Shown piece by piece: positions 1-10,976 of a stretch of 40,820 nucleotides of DNA. Within the stretch, counting starts at the first letter, position 1. Every line of letters begins with the position of its first letter. The DNA comes from Octopus bimaculoides (taxonomy: Eukaryota). The position numbers were made by a program, and so were the translations under genes. A model generated the notes under the pieces. It saw only the letters and a program-made list of their open reading frames with translations, had not been told where the DNA came from and made no database searches. The stretch covers positions 60,996,070 through 61,036,889 of the forward strand of contig NC_068981.1 of assembly GCF_001194135.2 (NCBI RefSeq), read 5' to 3'.

Positions 1-20
1 TATATATATATATATATACA

Positions 21-985
21 GAGGAAAAAGCATAAAAATGAAAAAGATGCATAGAAAAGCAGATTATTGGAATATTACATTAATAATTGTAACGAAGGTA
101 ATACAAAAACCTATAATATTATGCATAAATTCTTTAGTTTATGCAGTAATTTTTTCGTATAAACTATAATATTCGTAGCCAGCGACCAAAGGAAGTAGCA
201 AACGAAAAATCTAATAATGGAATATGATTAAAATCTGACACAGAAAATTAGTACTGCAAAAACAGGAAAGTATGGGGCTTCTCTGTCTATAAATGAAGTC
301 TAAAATAGCTCGAAGCACAGTATTATTACGACACATTTAGGAAAAAGAGAATAAATAGAAAGCTACTATGATTAAATGGGTGCATATTCTGAAAAACAGA
401 AACTGTTTTCTGTTGTAAGAAACCCACGAAATGCATTGCAGTGGTCGAACGAGTAAGAGCTTTGAATAGAAAAGTTTTGTCCAAAGTATTTGTGTAGAAA
501 AAGCTTCAAATTGAGACATCAGTAAAATAAAACAATGGCTATAATCATGGTTATACACCTAACACCTAAACCATAACCTAAAGACAATGGAAAACGATAA
601 ATCTATATTGCATCGCTGGATGAAAAGCGCAGAAATCGGGGCTGAACATAAATATACTCCGGGAATGGGTTCAAAATAAAAAGCAATTATACACTTGAAG
701 ATGTCAATCCACGAATATCCGGAATTCAAGGTAAATGTGCTGGATATTATTGTGATTATATGCAAAAGATACATCACGATATCAATGAAGCTGTGTCAAA
801 AGTTGTTTACATATCTCTAGGGAAAATATCGTTAAAAAATTATCTGAACTGAAAAGAACGATAACCATAAATTGTGGATGAAATTAGACAGAATCCGATA
901 ATAGTAGGTACACCGGGATTGACTGAAGAAAGAAAAATCACACAGGATGCGAGAATCTGAGGAGATATTTTATAAAAAATGTGTG
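21..985 (+). mobile_element. Highly decayed RLE-type (R4/Dong/NeSL-like) non-LTR retrotransposon, C-terminal region
   Basis: Scattered in-frame peptides DKSILHRWMKSAEIGAE (from 596) and NPIIVGTPGL (892-921) resemble the post-RT and IPIIVGALG motifs of RLE-type LINEs; many stops/frameshifts; boundaries approximate. Confidence 0.45.
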
Positions 986-1172
986 CACGTTCTCTAGAAT
1001 ATTATTTTGAAAATCCGGTTTTAGCTGCGATGACTACTTTAATACACATTTTGAATCGTTTATATGCCTGCACAAAATGGTTCTTACTAATTTCCGGCAT
1101 CGCCTGGACAATGACACCTTCAGTGAAACTATGGCATTATAGGGATTTCGACTATGGGCATTATGGGCATTT

Positions 1173-1205
1173 CGCTACTACGTCAGTGGTCTAGACGTAG
1201 TAGCG
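1173..1205. repeat. Perfect 12-bp inverted repeat (hairpin) with 9-nt loop
   Basis: cgctactacgtc (1173-1184), loop agtggtcta, gacgtagtagcg (1194-1205); preceded by tandem tatgggcat x2 (1153-1170). Confidence 0.95.
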
Positions 1206-1283
1206 CATGAGATGTAAATCCGGCGAATTTGGAAGCCAAATGTTTAGTATTATCTAACAGTCAATAATATTTGGCACCCATTT

Positions 1284-2014
1284 TTATTTACGTAGACTTA
1301 TTGAGATGGTGCTTGATTTTTTTAAAAATCCGTATAACCGTCTACTGTATACATCATCGATGTTAAGGTCAACAACTCTCCCCACCATTCCAACGGATCC
1401 TGCAGGATTAATAACAACACCTGCGTTTTGAAAAACAATGTTAGATTGTGTGTATGCCATGGCCTGTTTTACACACCACTTCGAAACACATCATGGTTCC
1501 TGAAAACTTTGTACGCATCATTTTAGGGATATCAGAAAGCTCTGTAGGCGCGATCTAGCATTTCTGCTTGGCCTTGATCGAAGGTTTTACTCAGCAGAGT
1601 AAGATTAAAGCATGCAATAATAACATTGTAAACAGCCACTTGACACTGATCAAATGGTTTTCCTGCATATTTTCATTCACAAATTGGTACATTTGACTTG
1701 CATCGAATACCCTTGTACTCCATAGTTCTAAGATTCTACTCAGGCACCTGAAGCCCCTGGCGATTGCATGCATTGATTTTCTTGGATCATTAAAGGTAAT
1801 GTTTTCATCCCTTTGGGTGAATTGTGTGTTCTTATATTTTCCTCTCTTCAATAGAGTTAAACCAACTTTGCGAAAAGCTTCCGGTTCCATCTGAACCAGT
1901 ATAATAGAGTTTCCAGTAATCAGGAACCTGGCAATATCTAAACCCTGAATAAGGTATCAATAACTGCATAGATTTTAATATCTTGTTTTACAAGCTTATC
2001 TGTCTTGTGGGGAT
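1284..2014 (-). pseudogene. Unrecognised, frameshifted coding-like segment
   Basis: Consecutive stop-poor frames joined by about four frameshifts (e.g. YCQVPDYWKLYYTGSDGTGSFSQSWFN; TFNDPRKSMHAIARGFRCLSRILELW; KPFDQCQVAVYNVIIACF; KWCVKQAMAYTQSNIVFQNAGVVINPAGSVGMVGRVVDLNIDDVY), preceded by acceptor-like tttctttctttcAG (AG at 2016-2015). No family recognised. Confidence 0.3.
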
Positions 2015-2699
2015 CTGAAAGAAAGAAATATTTCTTAATTGATTTGAAGTGAGTAACATACTGATAACTAAATATCCTCTAAAACCTACCCCGACGTACA
2101 TACAAAACAAGTCAAACAAACATTTAATATTACGGTTAGGTACTACGCATATATTTATTAATGCTGCTGCAATACAATAAAAAAATATGACATATATTTT
2201 GAGCATAGCGTCGCACCATTTTGTGCTGCGTAGTCTTTAAATACAGTTATGACTGCTGAAAAATTGTATTTTAAATGCGGTAAATAAGAACACACCTGAT
2301 ACGAATATCACCACTATATCTGTCCGAACTGGGACAGGAATCCATACAAAATATCCGATCATATTTAGCAAGGGTATAAATAGGCACCTTGATCCCTTCT
2401 GACCGAAATAGCTTTCGGAAGCAGTGCAATAGAAATATAGTAACTTGAAAACTTGATGACGATAATTATATCAATAATATCAGTAGAGCAAGAAACATAG
2501 TGAAATATGAGTAAGGAATTTTGGTTTGAATATACATATCCGTAACCAGTTTTCGAATTATTGAAGTGAAAGGGAAATGAGTAACACAATAAACAAGTAC
2601 ACCGAAAATATAACTCTAGATATATTCACCAACAAAACGGTAACATTAAGAAAATCATGGCAGTAAAATTATACTAGATGTATAAATTAAGAAACCATA

Positions 2700-3300
2700 A
2701 GAACTTCTTTACATCTGTAACGTGTGTAGCAATATTATTTCAAAGCCATTACTTTCATAATAAATAACAAGTTGGCTTTAGAAATAATAACATGTTGTAA
2801 GAGGAGCAAAATCACGATCAAATTTGGTTTTCGCAAACAACAGCAGTTGTTTAATCAAGCATATATCGAAAATAATAAAAAGGAAAGAAATAAGAGAAAA
2901 ACACGCGCACATTGAATGGTTGCAGAAAAAGTTTGGAAGCATGCCGCACTGCATATTTGGAGAATTTATATGTAAAACAAGATATCATGTTTTCCATATC
3001 AGTCTAGAAAACATTTATATCAAAACTTGAAAAGAAATAATAAATGCTAGTTCCACATTACACAAGATGCTGAAATCAAAGAATTGGAAGAAAACGAACT
3101 CCACAAATACTTTCAGGTAGATTGGCCTGATAAACAATATGCAGGAGATCAGTAGAAACAAATGGCAAGAAATTGTTACCTAAACATTAAAAAAACTCCA
3201 CTGTCAGAGGTAAGTTAATAGACATAAATACAATCGCAATTCAAGTAACAAATAATGATTCAGAGTAAGAAATCGGAATATAATTTATTTCATGTATTTA
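2700..3300 (+). mobile_element. Decayed RLE-type (R4/Dong-like) LINE, RT C-terminal fragment
   Basis: IKELEENELHKYFQV (3075-3119) and INTIAIQV (3224-3247) resemble the IKEL..YKYLG and INTLAIPV motifs of this LINE group. Confidence 0.45.
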
Positions 3301-3993
3301 AACACAAAAAACTCAAAGAATAGTTACAAACAACATTCCAAACAAAAAGGCTAACGTCGATGTGTAGCTTGAACATAGAGAATTCATTCTCATCGAAGGT
3401 GGAATTAGATAGAAATGAGGAGTTTTTTGAAAGTAACATCACTGGGTCTACAAGAATAACTGGAATTTGGGGAAGAGGAACTTTTTAATTTAACATGGAA
3501 AATATTAAAACAACTCTTTGTATAAAGCAAGATTATAAGATATGCACTGGAGAAAAGGTTTAGGTAATGGTAAAATAATAAAAAATGTTTTAATGATAGA
3601 AAAGATAAATATCTAAAATTAGGTTCACGCACGTACCAAGTTTATGTATATTCATATATACACATGCCACGCATACACACACGCATAGGGTCACACAGAC
3701 ATATATACGAATTAATAAATAACAAAAATGATTGCGTAAAGCTATTATCATATATCACTTTCTTCTATTAGATGCATTGTACACAGATTCGAGTTCTCGT
3801 GGGATATCATGTAGTTTCCTCGTTGGTCATCCAATAATTACCCATGGCCATACTTGAAATAAAAATAGGCTTAATACATATCCTATTAGACCTCCTAAGA
3901 TAAGTTGTAGCACTTTATTTAATTGGTGAGAATTCTAGCACAGAAAATTATGCTATCTGAAAGGATTTAACCTATGGATGGCATCGAAAGTTA

Positions 3994-4690
3994 TTAGGCT
4001 GTCCGGAAAGTTCTGAGCGTTTTTAAGGTAAATCTTATTACGCTTCATTGAACATACCTGAACCATAACACAGTTAAAACTTTGGCGTTGCTTGAAGTGG
4101 TAGTGCTTCTGTTCTTTGTTTCTGATTAAAAATTGATTTGTCTTTCATTCCGGTTAGCCTTTGTCAACATTTAAAATGGATAACCAAAAATTTCATATTC
4201 TAGTTGTAATGCTTTATCTTTTTTTTTTAATAGGAGAAAATGCTGCAAAGACTTGCAAAATCATTTTTTAAGATTATGTTGATGTTGTTGTAAGTGAATC
4301 AACTGTTCGAAGGTGTTTTGCAAAATTTAAGGCTGGAGAGTTTAGTTTGGAACATAATAATCGCAGTGGAATACCTTCAAAATTGGATGAAAATGTTTTG
4401 AAGGCAGAAAACGAAGAAAACACAAATATCACAACTAGAGAACTAGCAAAGGAGTCGGAGGTTTCTACAAGTACGGCTCATGAACACCTAGTGATGCTAG
4501 AATACGTATCTTGCTATATTGTATGGGTCCTTCACAAATTCTTCTCCATCTCCGAAAATCCGACGCCGAGTTATTTGGTACATTTTCCACTTTCCTTTCA
4601 GGAGAAGGCGAAATAGTTTGAGAATCAATACATCTGTTTTCTTCAATAAAGTATAGGAACATTTTAAAATATTTCAGATATCTCTAAATA
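3994..4690 (+). mobile_element. Internally deleted mariner DNA transposon (5' TIR plus HTH region)
   Basis: TA (3992-3993) then TIR ttaggctgtccggaaagttct, similar to the TIR at 10977; ATG at 4176, MDNQKFHI..GENAAKTCK..SESTVRRCFAKFKAGEFSLE..RSGIPS..TTRELAKE..WVLHK (WVPHxL-like); catalytic domain absent; 3' TIR degenerate. Confidence 0.85.
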
Positions 4691-5399
4691 CCCCCCAAAA
4701 AATATACCATTTTAAGTTCAATAATAACTTAAAGTGAATTATTAAAATTAAAGATTCATTAGTTTATATAATTGATGCCTCTTTACATATTCTTAGAAAC
4801 TTCAAATGGTTCCTATTCGCAACAGTACACCCCCGAGTATTTGGGTTGTTCGTTGAGCTTCAAGATATATTTCCATCCACATTCAGGATATATTATATAA
4901 CTTACAGTCATTACAAGTATATTACCAAATAGTACACTAGTTCTCTGTTTAATATCAGTGATATTTTCCTCTACGAAGCCACCCAATTGGCATATCGTTT
5001 TAGATACAAATTTCAATATCTTTAAACTTTGTCTTCTCATACACCTATACTTTTCTATCTTCATTAAATTAAGAATATCATCGCTCTTGCGCTCACATTT
5101 TTTCATGCTAATAATATATATTTATAGAAAAAGAAAACCCAATTATTTTCATTTCGTTATGAAATTACGACGAATTAATTATCTGATTGAAAAATAACAT
5201 GAAAGTGTTCAATTGACATTACAGAAACAATTTATACGTTACTTTTGGTCATTCAAATACATATTTGAGAATATTACATAAACTAGACCGTTTCGTTTGC
5301 AACCGTGGCAAAAAGACCCACAGCAGCTTGAATTACATCAATAGAGACATTGCAAAGACAGGCCAATAAGGATATTTTAGCGGTCTCTTTTAAAATGCA

Positions 5400-5930
5400 A
5401 TTGTCAAACGCTACTTATATCACCAGCCTATCACACATCCATGATCATGCACAACTGGAAAGAGAACCGTACCAATCACGGCAAAATCGTGTGCTTCACT
5501 CTTACTCGGGATGTCTCAGGATTAGAGTATACACATATCATAGCAGGGACGACTGCCCTTTCCTTTCAATGACAGAAGATATTTCAACTCAACCAAATTA
5601 TTCTCAAACCACAAACCTCAGGTTAAGCGTACAAAGTAGACCCACTAATAGGTTTGCCTAATGTCACTGACAGACATATGGCATCTTCTAGTATACAGGG
5701 GCTTTGTCTCTTTTTGCTGCCTTTTTGTGAAGATCTATAATGGCCTCCAGACCTTCTGCACCAGCTAGTCATATGCCACCTACATTAAAGGATTCCCTGC
5801 TCACTCATTTGTCATCTTTCGTCATTATTGCGTCAAACGCCCTATTACTCACACTAAACTCTACATGAAATGCTTCCTTCGCATCGGCAATTTGCATCTA
5901 TTTCCCTGCTCATATCTTTCAAAATGATAT
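5400..5930 (+). mobile_element. Decayed CR1/L2-group LINE 3' fragment
   Basis: LEYTHIIAG (5522-5548), LCLF (5702-5713) and YNGL (5736-5747) resemble the post-RT LEYCSHIW / SLCLFYRYYNG motifs. Confidence 0.45.
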
Positions 5931-6483
5931 TCTTACAGTAACTTTAAAGCTGAAGGCCTATGAGAAACGAGCAAATGATTAAAACATACAAATATATAAA
6001 CCCAGTTATATACAGCCAAATATCAAAGATAATTTACAGAAAAGGAAAGAGTATAGTTCGGATATTGCCTTCTTGTAGTGTGTTCTTTAATTAAAAGTAA
6101 TTGTTTTCTTTTGATTTCGGTATTTGTGTTGGATATACACTTGAGTAATTTCAATATTTTACTGCATATGTCACGCTCATTAACTTCCCTATGATTATCC
6201 TTTAGTTTTAATCAAATTCGTGATTGCTTCACTTACTAATATGTGGTTCCTTTTTCACTGGTTATTTTACATTTTTATTTTTATTTTTGAATAGGTTTCC
6301 AGTTCCATTTCGAAATTTTACAATATCTCTACATCATTTTGCCTGGAGATAATTTAGCATCTGCTTACATTCTTATTTATAGTACAATCTTACCAGTATC
6401 TGTAAGTGAATAGCTACTTAAAACAATTGCTGCAATTCATTTTGTTCTGGTATTCAATTTTCCATTTTCCGTTGCTTCTCTCA

Positions 6484-6494
<11 letters not shown>

Positions 6495-6579
<85 letters not shown>

Positions 6580-6592
6580 ATATATATATATA
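6495..6592. repeat. (CT)n microsatellite followed by (TA)n
   Basis: Direct inspection. Confidence 0.98.
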
Positions 6593-7084
6593 AAGTTTTT
6601 GTGCTATTTTAGATTTTGTGCTTCATTTGTTTATACAGTAACACGTTGACTATCGCATGTATTACATTCCAGGAGGTAAAAATCCGTGAGGTATAAACAG
6701 TACTGTAATATATATTATTTAATTATCTTTATAATTTGTATGTATTTATTTTATTATAAATGTAAAACAACACCACGGAGCAATCGACGTAAGCTTAAAT
6801 AAGAAACTGCGATAGGTGAACCACGATATGGTGAAGGATTACTGTATTTGAATCGTTTACCATTACACAATACAGAGGTCCCTCTGATTTTGCTGGTCTA
6901 GTGAATACAATTATTTCGTTTTTCTATGTTATTTTGCATACACCTAGAGAGGATTAATTATTTAATGCTTATTTATTAGTAGTTATCCAAAATATGTCTC
7001 TTGGTTTTCTTATTCAAGCAATCAAAATGAATAAATAAATAAAATTCCTCTGTCAAATGTAATTTTGAACCTGAGGTTACAAAT

Positions 7085-7343
7085 TACTGTTGATACACAG
7101 CTCCATATTTAAGGCTTATGTACATTATTTACAATTGACGGAAATTTGCCTTCATTTTGTTTCGGTTGATAATCCCTCCAGCCTTCATCAGGTGTCTTGG
7201 GGAAATTTCGAACATGGGTTCACATTTCTAAGGTAATGTTGTTATTATTATTATTATTATTATTATTTAGATCACTGCCTGGAATCGAACTCGAAATCTT
7301 GGGGTGAGTAGGTGGTAATCTTAACCACAACGCCATAAGCCCG
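7085..7343 (-). mobile_element. tRNA-headed SINE-like unit / Penelope 3' terminal repeat with (AAT)n and hammerhead-like core
   Basis: Minus strand: A-box-like tggcgttgtgg (7335-7325, one mismatch) followed by ttaag, B box gttcgattc (7290-7282), (AAT)n at about 7243-7267, then ctgatga..gaaac (7191-7159). Confidence 0.75.
7159..7191 (-). ncRNA. Hammerhead ribozyme core remnant (incomplete)
   Basis: CUGAUGA-A-GGCUG-gagggauuau-CAACC-GAAAC; stem II has one mismatch; no NUH triplet or stem I partner follows GAAAC in this copy. Confidence 0.5.
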
Positions 7344-7369
7344 TAGATAATTATGGGGTGAATTTTAGG

Positions 7370-8150
7370 GCTTATAAACCAAATATTTTTCTATCCTTCC
7401 TTAATACCGGTTCCCATTTGCTATTCATGTCTGCACTCGGTCAGCTTAGGAGGTTGTTGTGTCCTAGCATATGTGCTGCTTCTTTTAGTTTTCGTATTTT
7501 CCAGTGGTGTTCTCTGTCTATTATTTTAAGTCCATCCCACATGGGGAGGTGGTATCCATTTTCCCATACATTATCAGCTATAGCCGATTTATGAATATGT
7601 CCCCGTGTCACAGCTTTGCGATGTTTCTCTACCCTTATTTTGATGGGGGACATGTTTCACCTTTGCATAACCTACCACAGCTGCATGGGATGGAGTACAC
7701 GCAGTTCTTAGTCATATTCTCTGCAATTGGTGGTTTTACTCGAAAGAGGTATTGCGAAGTGTTGTATTACTTCTGAATACTGTCCTGCTGTCATATGGGC
7801 CGCATATCTTTTGTATCTTTTCGGAGAGGCCTTTCACATAGGGTAGACAGACTGTGGACAGTTTATCTGTTTCATCTCTTCTTCATAATTGGAGTGTAGA
7901 GTATGCTTTTGGGGTAGCTGTTGCTTAATAGATTGTTACTGAGCTTGGTCATTTCTTCTTGGTGGGTATCACGATCGCTACTTATGTTCATTGCTCGACG
8001 GTTTAGGCACTCAGCAATCCCTCTCTTTACACTGTATGGATGGGGTGGGAGGTGAAGTTGATGTATCGTCCAGTGAAAGTTGGCTTGCGGTATACGGATG
8101 TCCTTGGTTGTCTATTTGTTTATTCTTTTGTCAGCTTCATAAACTGCTTT
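7370..8150 (-). mobile_element. Penelope-like element, RT C-terminus plus GIY-YIG endonuclease (5' truncated, decayed)
   Basis: TSVYRKPTFTGRYINFTSH, TVCLPYVKGLSEKIQKICGPYD, CVYSIPCSCGRLCKGET, IKIRVEKHRKAV..SAIADNVW..KIIDREHHWKIRKLKEA (ORF 7441-7653) are typical PLE RT-thumb/linker/GIY-YIG motifs. Confidence 0.9.
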
Positions 8151-9099
8151 TATTTCATTAGACTTCGTTGAAGCGCTTTTCTACATATACTACGGACGCG
8201 GGGTCTCTACAGTACTCTTTCTGTCAACTACTTTGTAATTTAAAATGTTGCTATTCTTTTTATTACTATTTCGTCTGCCGTTCTGGTATCACATATTCAT
8301 AGTTTGTAAATTGGGTAGTCTTTCAAAAAATTAATTATTGCAGACTACTACGTGAGTTTACTATTTTTCCTCTTTTCTCTTTTTGGATGAAGAGTCATGT
8401 ACTTTGTTTAATTCTGTTTTAAAGTTCATCAGTGCACGAAGACTTTACCTCGTTACTTCTATGTAGTGTCACAATGTGTTATAGCCCTAGTTTGCATTTA
8501 CAATTATGTAAATATTTCTAAAGTTTTAAATGTTCTTCAAAAGATACGTTGGAAATATTCTTTTCGACATAACAAACAGAATATATGATTTGAATATTTC
8601 TCATGTCACAGTGACAAAATTTTTGTTGGATTGTCCCACGTGCAATCATTCGTTTTATTAACGCTATTTCATTTTCACATGATTTTTTTCCCGGTCCCTT
8701 GAAACTGAATCGCTTTGGGGCAGGTAGGCTCGAAGTTTGGTATTACTTTTAGTTTAAAGACTTGAAGCAAACGTTATTTGCTTTCTGGTTTTGATTGATT
8801 CATGATTTGTTTGATTTTTAGGTAAGTGTCATAATTAATGTTTGATTATTCTTGCTTTAAGAGATTTATTGCCTAAATGCTTTATGTTGGTGAATGGTGT
8901 TGTAGTAGTTGTCTACGTCTAGTATATATTTGATGACTTCTTCATTATCGAGTGGATTTGTTGGAATGTAAATTTAGATATATAACACTTCACACTTCGC
9001 TTAAAACAATGTTTTCCAGTGTTTAGCTTTCGGGTGTGTTTACGAAATTTACTTTAATTACATTGTATTAGATAATTACTTAGTTGTTCCGCACTGAAA

Positions 9100-10330
9100 A
9101 TCCAAGAGATATTTATGATAGAGTAAAATAATCGAGGATAGAATAACAGCAGGAATAGCAAGTGATGCACAGTAAAGCTCACGGCGCAAGATCTGCAACA
9201 TAAATAAAAAAAAGCAAACATAGTGTTTTAAATATAACAAATGTTATAACGCAACACCAAACGTCTATGGCAAATACGTTTTTAGTGATTTAATATATAA
9301 GACCTTAGTTTATGACAATTTAGTAATAGTAAAGTTTTTTTAAAACTACTGTGAAAATTACATTAGAGATCTCGCATATAAAATAGCGTATACCTGATGT
9401 TCGTTCGAAAATAGATATAGATAACAAAATTTAAATTATCACGGCAAATGAGAATTTTAAGCAGCTACTATAATGTTCTTTTTCTACAACTCTTTAAAAT
9501 ATTGTTAGATGCAAAAATATTCTACTTATATAATGTTAACATGTAGATGACAAATAGGATCATGGGAGACTTATGGCGAATGTGTCATAATTAGGCAAGT
9601 GGAAATATATGTAATTAAATTTAAGTATAACACTACGACGTAGCCAATATAAAGAAAACAACGCATATATCCAAAACATGCTTAGCGGAAGGAACATCAA
9701 CTTTACGAAAACAGGATATAATTAATGTAATCAAAAGTCACGTATAGCATGACTGCTAACAAACCAATCAATGAGAAAGAGATAAACATCGAAGGAAGTG
9801 TAGTGAAACAGACCATAACAAGGAAAATCATGACGAAATAACACAATAGTGGAGTAGAAAAACGAAACCCGACTTAGCCAATGAGAAATTGTACAAGTAA
9901 AATACTTTAAGGGAAAAAAAAATGAAAAACCACTTACAGACAGCAGTGAAGTCGACTAATTTATAAGAGGAAAACTATGAACAACTTTACGACTTCCGAT
10001 ACAAAATAATAAATTAAAAAGCAGTATGAACGTCAGATTCAAGAATACAGTATATAACAGACGATAAAGTTCATGGAAGAAAACTGGGTGAGATTATGAA
10101 TCAGACAGCTGAGACAGATGAACTAAGTGATTAAATAACGAGAAATGATACACAAATAAACTTTGCGGCAAAAAAATGGAATGCATCTGGAAAAATATAT
10201 ATCATGTTAAGCAACTAAGAAGATGAAAAATGAAAGAAACTACGAAGAAACTAACTAGAAATGAATGGGCAACAACTATTGAGAACAACCAAATACATAA
10301 CTATACATAAACTAGAAAATGAAGATGATT
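9100..10330 (+). mobile_element. Possible very old LINE RT-region remnant
   Basis: Strongly A-rich plus strand; weak motif hints such as DLWRMCHN* (LW..L..YG-like). No RT catalytic motif readable. Confidence 0.25.
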
Positions 10331-10976
10331 AATTTCTTTTCGCCAATAATCATCATCTATCATATGCAAAACAATAGAACAAAGTCAAAACGGAAGGCGA
10401 CACTTTCTCCCGTGGAGAATAGAGCGTCGAGTACTTCAAATCACATTTTAAACAAGTTACATGTATTCGTTTACACAGTATGATATATATACATGCATGC
10501 ATACGTACATACATACATAGAAATAAAACTGAATAATGACATACATAAATGCATACATACGTACATATATACATACGTGGGCGCGCGCAGACACACATAT
10601 TCTTTGCTCTGATTGAAAAAGATTTCCCTGGGTCCAGTGTACTTTTAGAAAACTTTTCAACGCCCAATCTATTAAATTTTTCTACTCTACCATAACTAAC
10701 ATTGCCGGTATAATATACCCGACTAAAATAAAAATAAGAAACTAAGAAACCAGCAATTAGTTATCTTTAATTACGCTAATTAATACAACACTCTAAATCC
10801 CCGGCGCCCGCCCATAAGCCTATGACGTACTTAAACCCACTTACCATCACCAACTCTAATCCTAATACTTCACCCAATATGCAGGCGAGTACGTGCGCGT
10901 TCAAAACTATCGGATGCTATCGTCGCATACAAAATGTACGCATGTACACAAGACTATATTGTTTTATTGGTAAGTA

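Noticed and set aside
1870-1910. TGSDGTGS as a P-loop/Walker A
   Set aside because: Lacks the GKS/T lysine; cannot be used to assign a helicase or ATPase.
5281-5330. CTAG with nearby GC-rich bases as a Helitron 3' end on the minus strand
   Set aside because: No convincing subterminal hairpin.
7270-7343. Possible tRNA gene (also 40001-40090)
   Set aside because: A/B boxes present but no convincing acceptor stem or cloverleaf, and followed by repeat body; treated as SINE-type heads.
8300-9100. Possible APE endonuclease remnant on the minus strand (RAYLPQS-like)
   Set aside because: Single weak motif; too decayed to support.
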